Of a stretch of DNA of 64,000 nucleotides, positions 13,641 to 26,981 are shown in pieces (within the stretch, counting starts at the first letter, position 1; every line of letters begins with the position of its first letter). The stretch comes from Anolis carolinensis. Its lineage: Eukaryota. Made by a program: the position numbers and the translations under genes. The notes under the pieces are model-generated. The model was not told where the DNA came from and searched no databases. It saw only the letters and a program-made list of their open reading frames with translations. Location: contig NC_085842.1 of assembly GCF_035594765.1 (NCBI RefSeq), forward strand, positions 434,001 through 498,000, read 5' to 3'.

Positions 13641-14139
13641 AGATAACAAACATAGTGAATTCTCACGCCCACAATCCTAATTGACTAACCAATGGAGCTG
13701 CTATTTGGGATCCATCTGGCAGTCGTGATGATGAGATGAAATGCCTGCAAAGAACGGGAAGAGGAGGCGGGAAGGAGGCCGGATCTCCTGGGAAGGCCAG
13801 AAGGTCCTGAGGAGAAGAGGGCGTTCGCTTCTGTCTCCGAGGCCCTGTGGATCTCCCCAACCCCGAGGCCATGTCTCTCATCCCGGGGCCTGGGCTGAAG
13901 AGAGGGACGTGAAGGCAAAACCAAGGCCAGGCCTCTCTCCCGCCCTCCCTCCCTCTTTCTTGGGATCACAGAAGACACGGAGACACTTCTTTCCTATTCT
14001 CAAAGAGACCTCCTTCGTTCTACAGCAGACCCATCACATTCACTCTTCCAAACAATCCTACCTTTCCTTTTGGCATCCAATGTTCTTTCCACCCTTCAAG
14101 CTGAGGTCAAGATTGGCCCTCAGGTCCCGGGAATGGCCG

Positions 14140-14960
14140 TTCATGGCGGAACGGCGAAGGAAAGGGCCGGGGGAGATTCTGCCCGGAGACGGATGACGTC
14201 AGGGAGGGAGGCGGATGCCCATTGGCGGACCCTGGGCGTTGGGAAGAAAAGAAAGGAGGAGCGTCTCTCTCTGTCTAGAGCTCCGTTCGACGGCCGAGAA
14301 GCCCCGCCCCTCTCTGGGCATCGTGCCCGCGGCTGCCATGTTGAGCCCGGGCGGAAGTCCACCGAGGAGGGAGGCGTCTTCCTAGAGAGACTCAGGACGA
14401 GAGGCGCCTTTTCCTGTCAGAGCGAGCGCGGGAGGGAGAGGAAGGAGGAAGCGGAGGAGGAGGAGGAGGAGGAGGAGGAGGAGGAGGGGTGAGTGTGCGT
14501 GTGCGTGTTGGGGGGGGGGGCTGAGTGGGTCCCCGAGTCTCCCCCGCGCCCCCCTCCGGCCTTGGCCTGCCTGGCCCTTCGCCTCAAGGCCTCCCTTCCG
14601 GCCTCCCTTCCTGCCCCCCCCATCTCCACCTCCATCTCCACGCAGAGGCGCCTCCCGCTCCTTGGCCTGGCCCCCCCTTCTCCGCTTCACCCGGCGCTTC
14701 CTCGGGCAGCCTGCCTGCCATGAGGAGCGGGCCAGGAGAGTCCGGCCCAGGGCGAGTCTGCCCGGAGACGGGTGACGCGGAGAGACGAGGCCCATTCCCA
14801 TTGGCCGATTCCTGGAGTGACCGTTAACGGCAGAAGGGCGGAGCGGGGGGCGGGGCGGGGGCGTTCCTGCCCGGAGACCGATGACGCCAGAGAGGAAGGC
14901 GGATTCTCATTGGGCGTTGGGAGGAAAGGAAACAAGGGGCGTGTCTGCCCATTTTCCGCC
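14140..14960. promoter_or_regulatory. CpG-island (probably bidirectional) promoter between genes A and C; candidate non-coding exon 1 of C ends at 14488
   Basis: High CpG. Three X1-X2-Y modules, GC box gccccgccc, YY1-like gctgccatgtt, ETS gcggaagt, (GGA)n, donor G|GTGAGT at 14489. Confidence 0.75.
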
Positions 14961-15506
14961 GGGAATTAAAAACATGGATGTTCCAGAGCGCGTTTGAATG
15001 AACAGGCCCAATACAGCTGGCATTAAAATGCTTCTCTCTGTTTTAAGGGCATACGGCACTTTATCACTCATTTCCATGACACAGCACTTTATGAAACCTG
15101 TCCCCGCTGGTTGTTTTTAATTCTATGATTTTATTGCTTGGATTTTAATGTATTTATTATTTATTTTGTGAATCGTTGGAATGTTTTTGGTCAAATGTCT
15201 TGTGTTGTTGTTTTCGGGCTTGTCCCTGTTGTAAGCCACCCCGGGTCCCTTTGGGGAGATGGGGCGGGATATAAAAATAAAGTTTATTATTATTATTTAT
15301 ATTATAACAGATTTCATATGCAATAGGGTAACAGTGTAAATCAATGTTTCTCAACCAGGGGGTCGGGACCCCTGGGTAGGTCACGAAGGGGATGTCAGAG
15401 GTGTTGTCAAAGACCATCAGAAATACATATTTCTGATGGTCTTAGGAACCCCTTTGGCAGTCCTTGTGAATGTGATCAACAAATTCTCTGGTTAATTGGG
15501 GACCAT

Positions 15507-17175
15507 TTTATTTATTTATTTATTTATTTTATTAGACTTGTATACCGCTACTCCCAGTTTGGCTCGGAGCGGTTTACAGAAATAGATTAAAACAATACAC
15601 TTAGCTTTAAATAAACAATAACAACAATAAAAACAACAATAAAAACAGACATAGCCCCGAGTTTTTCACCCATCGAAAGCTTGTTGGAAGAGCAAGGTTT
15701 TGCAGGCTTTCCGAAAGGCAAGTAGGTCTCGGATAGTTCGAGTTTCAACTGGCAAGGCATTCCATAAATGAGGGGCTACAATCAAGAAGGCATTCTTCCT
15801 AGTAGAAGACAAATGATAAGTCCGTATGTTAGGGATTTCAAGCAAATTTTGGTCTTCGGACCGAAGTAATCTCTGGGGTTGGTAGGGGGATAAGCGGGCC
15901 CTCAGGTACGCCGGCCCTAAACCATGTAAGGCCTTAAAGGTTAGTACCAGTATCTTGAAAGTAATCCGGTACTCAATCGGTAGCCAGTGCAGCTGTTGTA
16001 GAATTGGGGTGATACGCCACCTCGCCGGCACCCCGACGAGAAGACGAGCTGCCGCATTTTGCACCAGCTTCAGTTTCCGGATCACTGACATAGGAAGGCC
16101 AATGTAGAGGGCGTTACAGTAGCCGAGCCTCAAGATGACCGTCGCCTGGATCACCGTAGCCAGGTCGTTCCTAGATAGGTAGGGAGCCAGTCGCCTAGCC
16201 TGACGTAGATGGAAAAACGCAGATCTGCTCACAGCAGAGACCTGGGCCTCCATCGTGAGCAGAGGGTCCAATAAGACACCAAGACTTTTTACAGAAGATG
16301 ACGGACGTAGTGTCTCGCCATCCAGGGTAGGCAGCTGCATCTCCCCCCCACCCGGACGGCCCAGCCAAAGGATCTCCGTCTTCGCTGGATTCACCCTCAA
16401 CCTGCTGGCACGCAACCATCCAGTAACGGCCTCAAGGCACTGATGGAAACTATTGGGTACGGAGTCCGACCGGCCCTCCATCCTCAGAATGAGCTGTGTG
16501 TCATCAGCGTACTGGTGGCACTCAAGCCCAAAGCTCCGCACCAGTCGGGCAAGCGGTCGCAAATAGATGTTAAATAATAGAGGAGAGAGAATAGCTCCCT
16601 GTGGGACCCCACAAGTTAGTGGAGACCTCTCGGAAACCATCCCTCCCCTCACCACCCGCTGTCCCTGATTCTGGAGGAAGGAGGACACCCATTTAAGGGG
16701 TATCTCCCTAACCCCCATCATGGCTAGGCGATGGGTCAATAGATTGTGATTGACCGTATCAAATGCTGCTGTGAGATCCAATAACACGAGCAGCGCTGAT
16801 CCGCCTTGATCCCTTTGGCAGCGAAGCTGATCTGTGATGGCAACTAGCACAGTCTCCGTCCCGTGCCCCCTACGGAAGCCGGACTGGAAGGGATCAAGTC
16901 CGGCTGTGCGATTGAGGAACTGCTGCAACTGTTCCGCTGCTGCCCTCTCAACCACCTTGCCCAGAAACGGAAGATTCGAGACTGGGCGGTAGCTAGAGGA
17001 AACCGAACGATCTAAGTCTGGTTTCTTCAGCAGCGGAGAGACCATCGCCTCTTTTAAACCCTCTGGAAAAACTCCTCAAGGGAGCTATTTATTATATTCA
17101 ACAGAGGTTCACGTAATCCCTCCAGGCAAGATTTTACTAGCCAGGAGGGACGCGGATCGAGGGAGCAGGTGGTCG
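15507..17175 (-). mobile_element. 5'-truncated L2-clade LINE with an open RT ORF (15666-17045)
   Basis: YRPVSNLPFLGKVVE, LDLTAAFDTV, GVPQGAILSP, YADD, KLVQNAAARL..LHWLP; 3' tail ending in (TAAA)n. Confidence 0.9.
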
Positions 17176-18440
17176 GCCTAGTTGCAGTCATCTGGTGGCA
17201 CAAGCTATACCTGGTACTACCCAGATGACAGTCAGAAGCATCATCTTTAGCACATAATTTTAGTTCGAGCCACAACATTGTCTCCTGTGCAAAAGCAAAC
17301 TTTTGCCTTTATTTTTCCTTCATTTACAATGTAATGTCTTCCTGTCCTTGTTGCCTTTCTATGAATCTGCTGCAGTTTGCCAATGTCCTTTCTAAAATGG
17401 ACTGAACTGAGCAGAACTGGGCAGGAATCATGTCTCCCACCCAAGGGTGCTGTTGGAGTGCAGAAGGATCTGGAGGGCAGCAGGATTCCCACTCACCCTG
17501 GGGGTCTATCCATCTGTCTCCTCTATACCGCCTTCTCTCATGTACTGCTGCTAGGCTGAGTGCCTTGGCTCTGGCTGAAGTTACATACCTTTGTGGTATA
17601 GGTTTTGTAAGAATGCAGTATGTCAAGGAACTTTGTGGCCTAATGTGCTCTCAGTGTCTCCAGGCGCCTTGCTTTAGAAACGTGGGGCAGGGATCACGCT
17701 GCAGGGAAAGAGAGGATCAGGAAAATATCTTTTTCCCGAGTTGGGAGAAATCTACACAAGAAAATGAAGTATTTTTCTCCCAAGACTGATCACTTGGGAT
17801 AGTCTGTCCATACAGATGGCCACTCAGGTTTTGAGTGGAGATGTGAAGAAGCGGGATCTAGGTAGGAAATGCTTTGCATCGTTAGCCCCTTTCCGTGTTG
17901 ACCATATTATTAGAGGCCTTCCTTTACCAAGGTTGGATTAGACACAGGATCTTAGGCCGCTATCCCCTTTGCAGGGATTGTTCTTTGTTGGGCAAGTGTT
18001 AAAGTGCTTCTCAGCAGGCAACGGGCTCTTACCAGTTGGGCCAGTCTTTCTCCCCTCTTCCCCTGTGATTGCTACAGCACTAGGCTATTGTTCTTCATGT
18101 TCAATGAGATCTTTCTGTACTCTGCTCCTGATAAGATTTTCCTCTTATTCATCTCGCAGGTAACCTCTAAACGAACCTTATGAAGAAAACATTGCCGTTT
18201 GCCTTACGTCTGAAAGGAAAGTACGCAGGATTAACAAGAACAAGAAATAAATTGGAGAAATTATATTTCAAGCTACATACCTTTGAATGTAAGGAAAGGA
18301 AGGATTGTGCTGTAAAAAGAGGGGTTGGTAAAGAGAAAATAAGGCTACAGCAATACAGAGACTGGGAAGAGGAAATGTCCTATTCAGGAGTCCATATCTG
18401 TGAACTTCAGGCATAATATTAGAATAATAAATGTTAAAAA

Positions 18441-20003
18441 ATGGAAACTTCATTGTCAAAATCACACACAGGGGAGAAGCGACATAATTGTAAGGACTGT
18501 GGGAAATGTTTCATTAGGAGAAGTTCTCTTGCTAAACATCAACTAACTCACACAGGAGAGAAGCCATATAAATGTGTGGAATGTGGAAAGAGCTTCAGTC
18601 AGAGTGGAAATCTACACACCCATCAAAGGACTCACACAGGGGAGAAGCCACATACATGCATGGAATGTGGAAAGAGCTTCAGTCAGAGTGGAGATCTACG
18701 CACCCATCAAAGGACTCACACAGGGGAGAAGCCACATACATGCATGGAATGTGGAAAGAGCTTCAGTCAGAGTGGACATCTGCGTATCCATCAAAGGATG
18801 CACACAGGAGAGAAGCCACATAAATGCATGGAATGTGGAAAGAGCTTCAGTGAGAGTGGAAATCTACGCAGCCATCAAAGGACTCACACAGGGGAGAAGC
18901 CACATACATGCATGGAATGTGGAAAGAGATTCAGTGAGAGTGGACATCTGTGTATCCATCAAAGGATGCACACAGGAGAGAGGCCACATACATGCATGGA
19001 ATGTGGAAAGAGCTTCAGTGAGAGTAGAAATCTACGCAGCCATCAAAGGACTCACACAGGGGAGAAGCCACATACATGCATGGAATGTGGAAAGAGCTTC
19101 AGTAAGAGTGGACATCTGCGTATCCATCAAAGGATACACACAGGAGAGAAGCCACATACATGCATGGAATGTGGAAAGAGCTTCAGTCAGAGTGGAGATC
19201 TACGCACCCATCAAAGGATCCACACAGGGGAGAAGCCACATACATGCATGGAATGTGGAAAGAGCTTCAGTAAGAGTGGACATCTGCGTATCCATCAAAG
19301 GATACACACAGGAGAGAAGCCACATACATGCATGGAATGTGGAAAGAGCTTCAGTCAGAGTGGAAATCTACGCACCCATCAAAGGACTCACACAGGGGAG
19401 AAGCCACATAAATGCATGGAATGTGGAAAGAGCTTCAGTCAGAGTGGAGATCTACGCACCCATCAAAGGATTCACACAGGGGAGAAGCCACATACATGCA
19501 TGGAATGTGGAAAGAGCTTCAGTCAGAGTGGAAATCTACACACCCATCAAAGGACTCACACAGGGGAGAAGCCACATAAATGCATGGAATGTGGAAACAG
19601 CTTCAGTGAGAGTGGACATCTGCGTATCCATCAAAGGACTCACACAGGGGAGAAGCCACATACATGCATGGAATGTGGAAAGAGCTTCAGTCAGAGTGGA
19701 AATCTACACACCCATCAAAGGACTCACACAGGGGAGAAGCCACATAAATGCATGGAATGTGGAAAGAGCTTCAGTCAGAGTGGAAGTCTACGCACCCATC
19801 AAAGGATGCACACAGGAGAGAGGCCACATACATGCATGGAATGTGGAAAGAGCTTCAGTCAGAGTGGAAGTCTACGCACCCATCAAAGGATGCACACAGG
19901 AGAGAAGCCACATACATGCATGGAATGTGGAAAGAACTTCAGTAACAGTTCGAATCTTCGTACCCATCAAAAGATTCACACAGGAGAGAAGCCACATAAA
20001 TAG
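18441..20003 (+). CDS. Gene C: effector-less C2H2 protein, 18 tandem fingers, 520 aa
   Basis: ORF = 9 aa + 18 x 28 aa + 7 aa. No KRAB/SCAN/SET exon seen upstream. Candidate 82-nt non-coding exon 18078-18159 is conserved with gene D. Confidence 0.88.
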   Translation: METSLSKSHTGEKRHNCKDCGKCFIRRSSLAKHQLTHTGEKPYKCVECGKSFSQSGNLHTHQRTHTGEKPHTCMECGKSFSQSGDLRTHQRTHTGEKPHTCMECGKSFSQSGHLRIHQRMHTGEKPHKCMECGKSFSESGNLRSHQRTHTGEKPHTCMECGKRFSESGHLCIHQRMHTGERPHTCMECGKSFSESRNLRSHQRTHTGEKPHTCMECGKSFSKSGHLRIHQRIHTGEKPHTCMECGKSFSQSGDLRTHQRIHTGEKPHTCMECGKSFSKSGHLRIHQRIHTGEKPHTCMECGKSFSQSGNLRTHQRTHTGEKPHKCMECGKSFSQSGDLRTHQRIHTGEKPHTCMECGKSFSQSGNLHTHQRTHTGEKPHKCMECGNSFSESGHLRIHQRTHTGEKPHTCMECGKSFSQSGNLHTHQRTHTGEKPHKCMECGKSFSQSGSLRTHQRMHTGERPHTCMECGKSFSQSGSLRTHQRMHTGEKPHTCMECGKNFSNSSNLRTHQKIHTGEKPHK

Positions 20004-20094
20004 GACAAGTGCAAAGAAGCAGAATGGTTGTCCAAAGAACTTCTAACGACTATGACTCAAAAGAGACATGAACAGGAAGTGGAAGGGGAAGAAA

Positions 20095-20630
20095 TCATAT
20101 AACCATAGAGTTGGAAGAGACCTCATGGGCCATCTAGTCCAACCCCCTGCCATGAAGCAGGAAATTGCATTCAAAGCACCCCGGACAGATGGCCATCCAG
20201 CCTCTGCTTAAAAGCCTCCACAGAAGGTTCCACAGCTGAACTGCTCTCACAGTGAGGAACTTCTTCCTTATGTTCAGGTGGAATCCCCTTTCCTGTAGTT
20301 TGAAGCCATTATTCTGCATCCTAGTTTGCAGAGCAGCAGACAACAAGTTTGCTCCCTCCTCCTTATGGGATTTTGGCCTGCATAAATAGGGGCAGAGTGT
20401 CTAGATCCAGGGAAGTCATGCTCCCCCTCTATTCTGCCTTGGTCAGACCACTTTACCTGGAATCACACTGTGTCTAATTCTGGGCACTGCAATTGAAAGG
20501 AGACGTTGAAAAGCTGGAAGGTGTCCAGAGGAGGGCGACTAAAATGATCAAGGGTCTGGAGAACAAGCCCCATGGGGAGCGGCTTAAAGACCTGGGCATC
20601 TTTAGCCTGCAGAAGAGTAGGCTGAGACAA
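20095..20630. mobile_element. CR1 3' fragment with internal inversion (20095-20367 minus, 20368-20630 plus)
   Basis: Both parts match the CR1 copy at 28541-29066. Confidence 0.75.
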
Positions 20631-20759
20631 GAATGAATAAATGCATGTACAAGTATATATGAAAATATCAATCTGGGTTTGTAAAAGGAAGGCAAATGTC
20701 ACGTTTGATAGGAAGAGTATTAAACAAAATATGTCTGTCTCAAGAGAGGAAGTTAAAAG

Positions 20760-22700
20760 TGGGGATACTAGCATTAGATATATTTAATGCTTTGATTGTG
20801 TAGCATGGCAGATAATAAGTGAGATTATGAATTAATTTGGAATGGGAAGTAGAATAAAAGGATGATTAGAACCATTTTATTTGCTATGGTGATAGAATTA
20901 TGTGCAAACGCCATCCAAAAAGGTAAGAATGTAGAAGGTGTAGGAATAAAGGAAAAGCAGAAGGTGAGCTTATTTGCTGATGACACATTGTTATTGATTA
21001 AATATCTGGGTAGGTCAAATGGATAGGAGAGAGGATCATTGAAAGATATTTGGGAAAACAGTGGGTTTATATTATACAAAGAAAGAAGAAAAAAACTTTA
21101 TAGAACAGAGCCATACGGGAATTAGAATCAAGAACAAATTAATATACCTGGGAGTAAGTATAACAAAGGACTTAAAAGAAATAGAAGAGGTAAATGTAGT
21201 AGCATTGAGGAAAATAGTTCAAAAAAATTAATACACATCTATCTTGTTTGGAAAGACAGCAATACTAAAAATGAAAATGCTTCTGAGGATAAACTTTATA
21301 CTTACATATACCTTATATTTATAATGCCATTTCAGATTACAGAAGAAGAGGTGAATACATTATTTCTTTGCAACATTTCTACCCCACCTTTCTCCACCCC
21401 AAAGGAGACTCATTTGGACAAATGATAAATACTGTAATGGCAGTCAAAGAAATTGCCGAAACAAGTTACAGAACAGATCTCAAAAAGAAGAAGGATTAGC
21501 GCTTCCTCATATGAAAAAATATTATAAAGCAAACAGACTGAGATTGGTTATACAAGGAATGATGAAAAGGAGGATGTAGAATAGTTAATAATGGATTCAG
21601 GAAAAGTGGAGGAAGAAATTCGTAATATGTTTTAAAATAGTTTATGAGAAAAAAAATAAGGTAAACTGGGAACCCAATGTTGAGTAATGCATTAGAAATA
21701 TGGAACAAATACAGGAGAAAGTTAATAACAGATGGCTCAATAATAACCCCAATTATAATGGAAAAGACATTTCCAAAAAATAAAAAATATATATGATGGA
21801 TAAAAAAATTAAGGGGAAAAACTTAGATAAAATAGGGGATTGACCAAAGGTTGGAATGAAGAAAGAAAAGATTAGGAACATAAAAATTTGAAAGGAATAT
21901 CCAGTAAAATTTCTAAAATATTAATTGAAAAAAACAAAGGAAAAGTAAAGAATAACACAGAGGGGTTATAATTATGGGCACAAAGACACTTGAAAAATAT
22001 ATCCATATGTGTTAAAGAAAATTATTATTTAGTTGATATGGAAATGGTACCTCACACCCATAAGAATAGGAAATATAAATAAAAACTACTCAAACAATTG
22101 CTGGAGAGGATGCCAAGAATCGGGAACATACATACATATGTGGTGGCAGTGTCAATATATAAATAATTTCTGGGGAAAAGTATTAAGAGAGATAGAAGAC
22201 ACAATGAACATTCAAATAGAAAGAAGTCTTAGCATGGCTTTATTCTCATTATATAATAATAAACAGTTGGAAAAAGAGGACAAAGATGCGATAACAAACG
22301 CATTAACAATTGCAAGACTGCTTATAGCAAGGAATTGGAAAAGGGAAATAAATATAGAGATAGAAGAATGGTATAAGGAAGTATGGAAACTGGGAAGAAA
22401 TGATAGGTTGACGTGGAGAGGGATTTAGAAACAAAGTGGTTGTGATGATGTCTGGAGAAAATGTATTGGAAGAGGATTCAAAAGAAAGACAGAATTACCT
22501 CCTCAAGAGAGAATGAAAAGGAATTTTGGACAGATGATAAATAAAAAAAGTGACTTGGGGGAGGGTAAGAAATCTGTATAAGCGTGACAATAACAGTAGA
22601 TGCCAAATGTTAATGTATTGTAGATTGTACTGAATATAATGTGGCTGCTGTAAAAGGATGTACGATTTTTTTTAAAAAAAATTAATAAATGTATTTGTAA
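20760..22700 (+). mobile_element. Degraded L1-clade ORF2 3' part
   Basis: LFADD near 20970; WKWYLTP..CWRGCQESGTYIHMWWQC (22033-22428); strong A bias. Confidence 0.75.
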
Positions 22701-24325
22701 TTTGTATAAATATGCATTTGTTTTTCTTTCATGTGTTTGAATATAAATTATTTTAAAAAACAGATTATGATGTAGCAGCTATAAAAGCCAATGTGATTCC
22801 AGGCTGTCCCGATAGGAGGATTCTGTCTATATCCAAGGAAGTCACGGCCTCCTTTCTTCTGCTTTGGTCAGACTCACCTGGAATGACCCTGTCTCCAGGT
22901 CTCGGTCCCACAATTCAAGACGGATATTGACAGGTCAGAATATCTCCAGAGACGGGATGTAGAGAAGGGCGGAGAGAGACAGCTGGGTATGTTTCACTTG
23001 GAGGAAAGAAGGAAGGGCTTCTCCCTCGGCAGGAAGGAAATGTTGGATCCCAAAAGGGTTGGCCGTGGTCAGGATGAGAGGTGGACGGAGAGGAAAGGCG
23101 TGTCCATGAGACCCCGTGTTGCCTCCTCCTGGAATGGACTCCTAGGACCCTAGAGCCGGAAGAGACCCCCAAGGGCCACCCCGTCCTGCCCCTGCCATGC
23201 AGGAAGGCACAATCAAAGCACTCCAGGTAGATAGCAACTGCAGAGAAGCCTCCAGAGAAGGAGACTCCACCACACTCTGAGGCAGCCTAGGCCACTCTCC
23301 AACAGCCCTTACTCGTTCTTATTGTGTATCTTTGTATATTAAGAGAAGACCTGTAAATAGTTATAAGTAGTGAATAAATCAAGAATAAAACCTCCAAGGA
23401 CTTTGGATGAAAGTCAGAACTCAAGAGTGTTTATTCAAAGAGACGAACTAGTTTACAAGGCCAGAGGCTGTGAAACTGTGACCAGGACTCTGCAGTGTTT
23501 TGGGGGTTGGAATCCACTCCTTGCCTATGAGACAGTCTGTCCCATTGTATAGCTGGAGGAGGCCGTGAGAGGACTGAATTCACCTGCCTGTCTAGCAGGG
23601 GTGTTGTGTGTGTTTTACTCTGCTTCTCCTTTCCTTCCATCACTCATTAACACTGACTAGTTGTGCAGGCCTCACCTACACAACAGAAAGCATTTCCTGA
23701 AGGTAAGAGCTGTTCAGTAGTGGAGTCTGCTCCTATCGGGAGGAAGAGGAGATGTGTGTTCTTTCGCCATGAAACCACTGATCCCGTGGGTCGTGGAGTC
23801 CAGCCCCATTCTCTCCAAGCAGCGTCACCATCCAGACCATCCTCCGCAGGTCGCTCTCCAGCCCCTTTTTGGGGTCATCCAGAGAGAGGAACCCGCACTT
23901 CTCTAGGCCCTTGCCTTCTTACCCAAATCAGAGATTCACAGAATAGTATATTTGGAAGAGACCACGAGGGCCATCTAGTCCAACCCCCTTCTGCCAGGCA
24001 GGAAAAGCAGAATCCCTTGCCAGAATCCCCGCAGGGTTCAATACTGTCTCCCACGCTGTGTAACATCTACATGAAGCCGTTGGGAGAGATCATCTGAAGT
24101 TTTGGAGTTCAATGTCATCTGTACGCAGAGGTCTTCCTTGTCAGTCGCAAGGCCAAACAGGGCACAGGGTCACAGCCTGTGTTGGATGGGTTACCTGTCC
24201 AAACGTCTCTCCCCTTATGAACCATCTCGGAGTCTAAGACCGTCTGGAGAGGCCCTGCTCTCAATCCCGCCCTCTTCGCTGGCATGATTGGCAGGGATGA
24301 GAGACAGGGCCTTCCTTCTCGGTAG

Positions 24326-24800
24326 TGGAAAGGATGGGAAGAGAAGAGAAAAAGGAAGGAAGGGCAAGAGAAAAGAAGACAAAGGAAGGGAAGGAAGGAA
24401 GGGGAAGAGAAAATAAGGCAAAGGAAAATATGGGAAGAGAAGAGAAAAAGGAAGGAAGGGCAAGAGAAAAGAAGACAAGGGAAGGGAAGGGAAGGAAGGA
24501 AGGGGAAGAGAAAATAAGGCAAAGGAAAATATGGGAAGAGAAGAGAAAAAGGAAGGAAGGACAAGAGAAAAGAAGACAAAGGAAGGGAAGGAAGGAAGGG
24601 GAAGAGAAAATAAGGCAAAGGAAAATATGGGAAGAGAAGAGAAAAAGGAAGGAAGGACAAGAGAAAAGAAGACAAAGGAAGAGAAGGGAAGGAAGGAAGG
24701 GGAAGAGAAAAAGGAAGGGCAAGGGAAAAGAGGGTAAAGGGAAGGAAGGGAAGAGAAAAAGGAAGGGCAAGAAAAAAGAAAGCAAAGGAAGGGAAGGTTA
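24326..24800 (+). repeat. Polypurine (G/A) minisatellite, period about 96-101 bp
   Basis: atgggaagagaagagaaaaagg recurs at 24334, 24430, 24531, 24627. Confidence 0.9.
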
Positions 24801-25119
24801 GAAGGCAGACCCTGTATTTTAGTTCTTGTGAACCACTGGTAGTTCGTGGACCACTGGTTGAGAGCCACTGTCTGAAAGGGAAGGGGCTAACTCTGGATCC
24901 CTCCCATAACGGCCATTTACAATATTCAAGCTGACCAGTCCTGACTAAAGAGGAAAACAGAGGATGTGTCTGTAGGGGCACAACGTTCACAAACTGGACA
25001 TTTAAACCAAGGTGGAAATGGAGCTGGAAACTAAGACCAGAAGAACAAGTGATGGAATCACATATGGTTTATTTCTTTTCAGATGAGGTGACATGACAAT
25101 CATATTTAACCCTCTGAAG

Positions 25120-25254
25120 CAGTGGTCCTCAAGCTGTGGGTCCCCGGATGTTTTGGCCTACAACTCCCAGAAATCCCAGCCAGTTTACCAGCTGTTAGGC
25201 TTTATGGAAGTTGAAGGCCAAAACATCTGGGGACCCACAGGTTGAGAACCACTG
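25120..25254. mobile_element. Short palindromic hAT-type MITE
   Basis: cagtggtcctcaagc..gttgagaaccactg termini, imperfect 8-bp TSD, internal ctacaactcccagaa. Confidence 0.75.
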
Positions 25255-25415
25255 TTCTGAGGGATTGTCAAACAGAGCTTGCTTTCTGCTATTCCAGAGA
25301 ACAGGACCTCCAACTTAGGGATTCAAATGACAAGAACGGGACTCCACCAAATCTGACGCAGAACTTCTCAAAGGGTCCTGTTTGAAATCAGACATTTTCC
25401 CACAATGGCTGTTTT

Positions 25416-26521
25416 TTAGCCTGTATGTGTTCTCTGGTGCTGGTTAAGGGCTGAACTCTGAGTAAAACATTTCCCACACTCCTGGCATTGGTATGGCTTC
25501 TCTCCTGTGTGGAGTCTTTTGTGGCTCACCAAGGCTGTACTGGTAGTAAAACATTTCCCACACTCCTGGCATTGGTATGGCTTCTCTCCTGTGTGGAGTC
25601 TTTTGTGTTTCACCAAGTTTGAACTGGAAGCAAAACATTTCCCACACTCCTGGCATTCGTATGGCTTCTCCCTCGTGTGGAGTCTTTTGTGTTTCACCAA
25701 GTTTGAACTGGAAGCAAAACATTTCCCACACTCCTGGCATTCGTATGGCTTCTCCCTCGTGTGGAGTCTTTTGTGTTTCACCAAGTTTGAACTGGAAGCA
25801 AAACATTTCCCACACTCCTGGCATTCGTATGGCTTCTCCCTCGTGTGGAGTCTTTTGTGGCTCACCAAGTCTGAACTGTAAGCAAAACATTTCCCACACT
25901 CCTGGCATTGGTATGGCTTCTCTCCTGTGTGGAGTCTTTTGTGCCTCACCAAGGCTGAACTGGTAGTAAAACATTTCCCACACTCCTGGCATTCGTATGG
26001 CTTCTCCCTCGTGTGGAGTCTTTTGTGTTTCACCAAGTTTGAACTGGAAGCAAAACATTTCCCACACTCCTGGCATTTGTATGGCTTCTCTCCTGTGTGG
26101 AGTCTTTTGTGGCTCACCAAGGCTGAACTGAAAGCAAAACATTTCCCACACTCCTGGCATTGGTGTGGCTTCTTTCCTGTGTGGAGTCTTTTGAGCCTCA
26201 CCAAGGCTGAACTGGAAGCAAAATACTTCCCACACTCTTGGCATCTGTATGGTTCCTGACCTGTGTGAAATTTCTTGTGTTTCACCACACATTTTGCAAA
26301 TACTTTCCCTTTAAGATGGCTTTTCCCAGCATCGGGTGTCTTGTGAAGCACAAGTGCCATATTTTGGGTAAAACACTGCCCACATACATTGCATTTGTCG
26401 GGCCTTTCTCTGGCAGAACCTCCATCTTCTCTGTGGGCTTGCTGGTCTCGACGAAAGGCCCAGTTGTGTCCCAAATGCTTCCTGTACTTGGTGCATACAT
26501 GGCTCTTCTCCCCATTATCTA
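25416..26521 (-). CDS. Gene B terminal exon: 9 canonical C2H2 fingers after degenerate ones. Gene B = SCAN-KRAB-C2H2 (ZKSCAN-type), 602 aa, join of 34407-34018, 33680-33566, 32658-32588, 31342-31216, 26521-25416
   Basis: All introns GT-AG with compatible phases; 390+115+71+127+1106 = 1809 nt = 603 codons including the stop. Confidence 0.9.
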
Positions 26522-26981
26522 CTGTGAAGAAGAACAGAAACAATCATTCCTCAGTGTGAGTGATAAGGAAGTGGGATAAGAAGTGGACTGAAAAGAGCCT
26601 CAAAACAACACAGACATGGAGGAAAAGAAGATATGCCTGTTGTCCTTTCCCCTCCCCTTGTTCAGTGAAGATGGACCCTGGTTGTCTGCCTGGAGCCTCT
26701 AAGAGAGAGATGAGTAACATACGCTCCAGAGGCTCCCTGTTGCTCAGCCCAGCCCGGTTTTTTATTCCGTCTCCTTCTCTCTGGGGAATGGATGCCTTTT
26801 CCCTTCACATCCAAATGCTTGCCTTTTTCTCTAGCTTTAGACTTTACCAACTACCACCCATTTCACCATCCTTCCCTCCCTTTTATTTCTCTCCCCCAAT
26901 CCCAGTTCTCTCTTCCCATGCTCCCTTAAGGTTGTATTTTTCCGCTCCAACGTAGAAGATCCCATACCTAATTTCAGAGAA

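Noticed and set aside
18441-20003. PRDM9 identity
   Set aside because: No KRAB-SSXRD-PR/SET exons recognisable upstream.
24115-24990. Phe/Leu/Pro-rich and Lys/Glu/Arg-rich ORFs
   Set aside because: Translations of the polypurine minisatellite.
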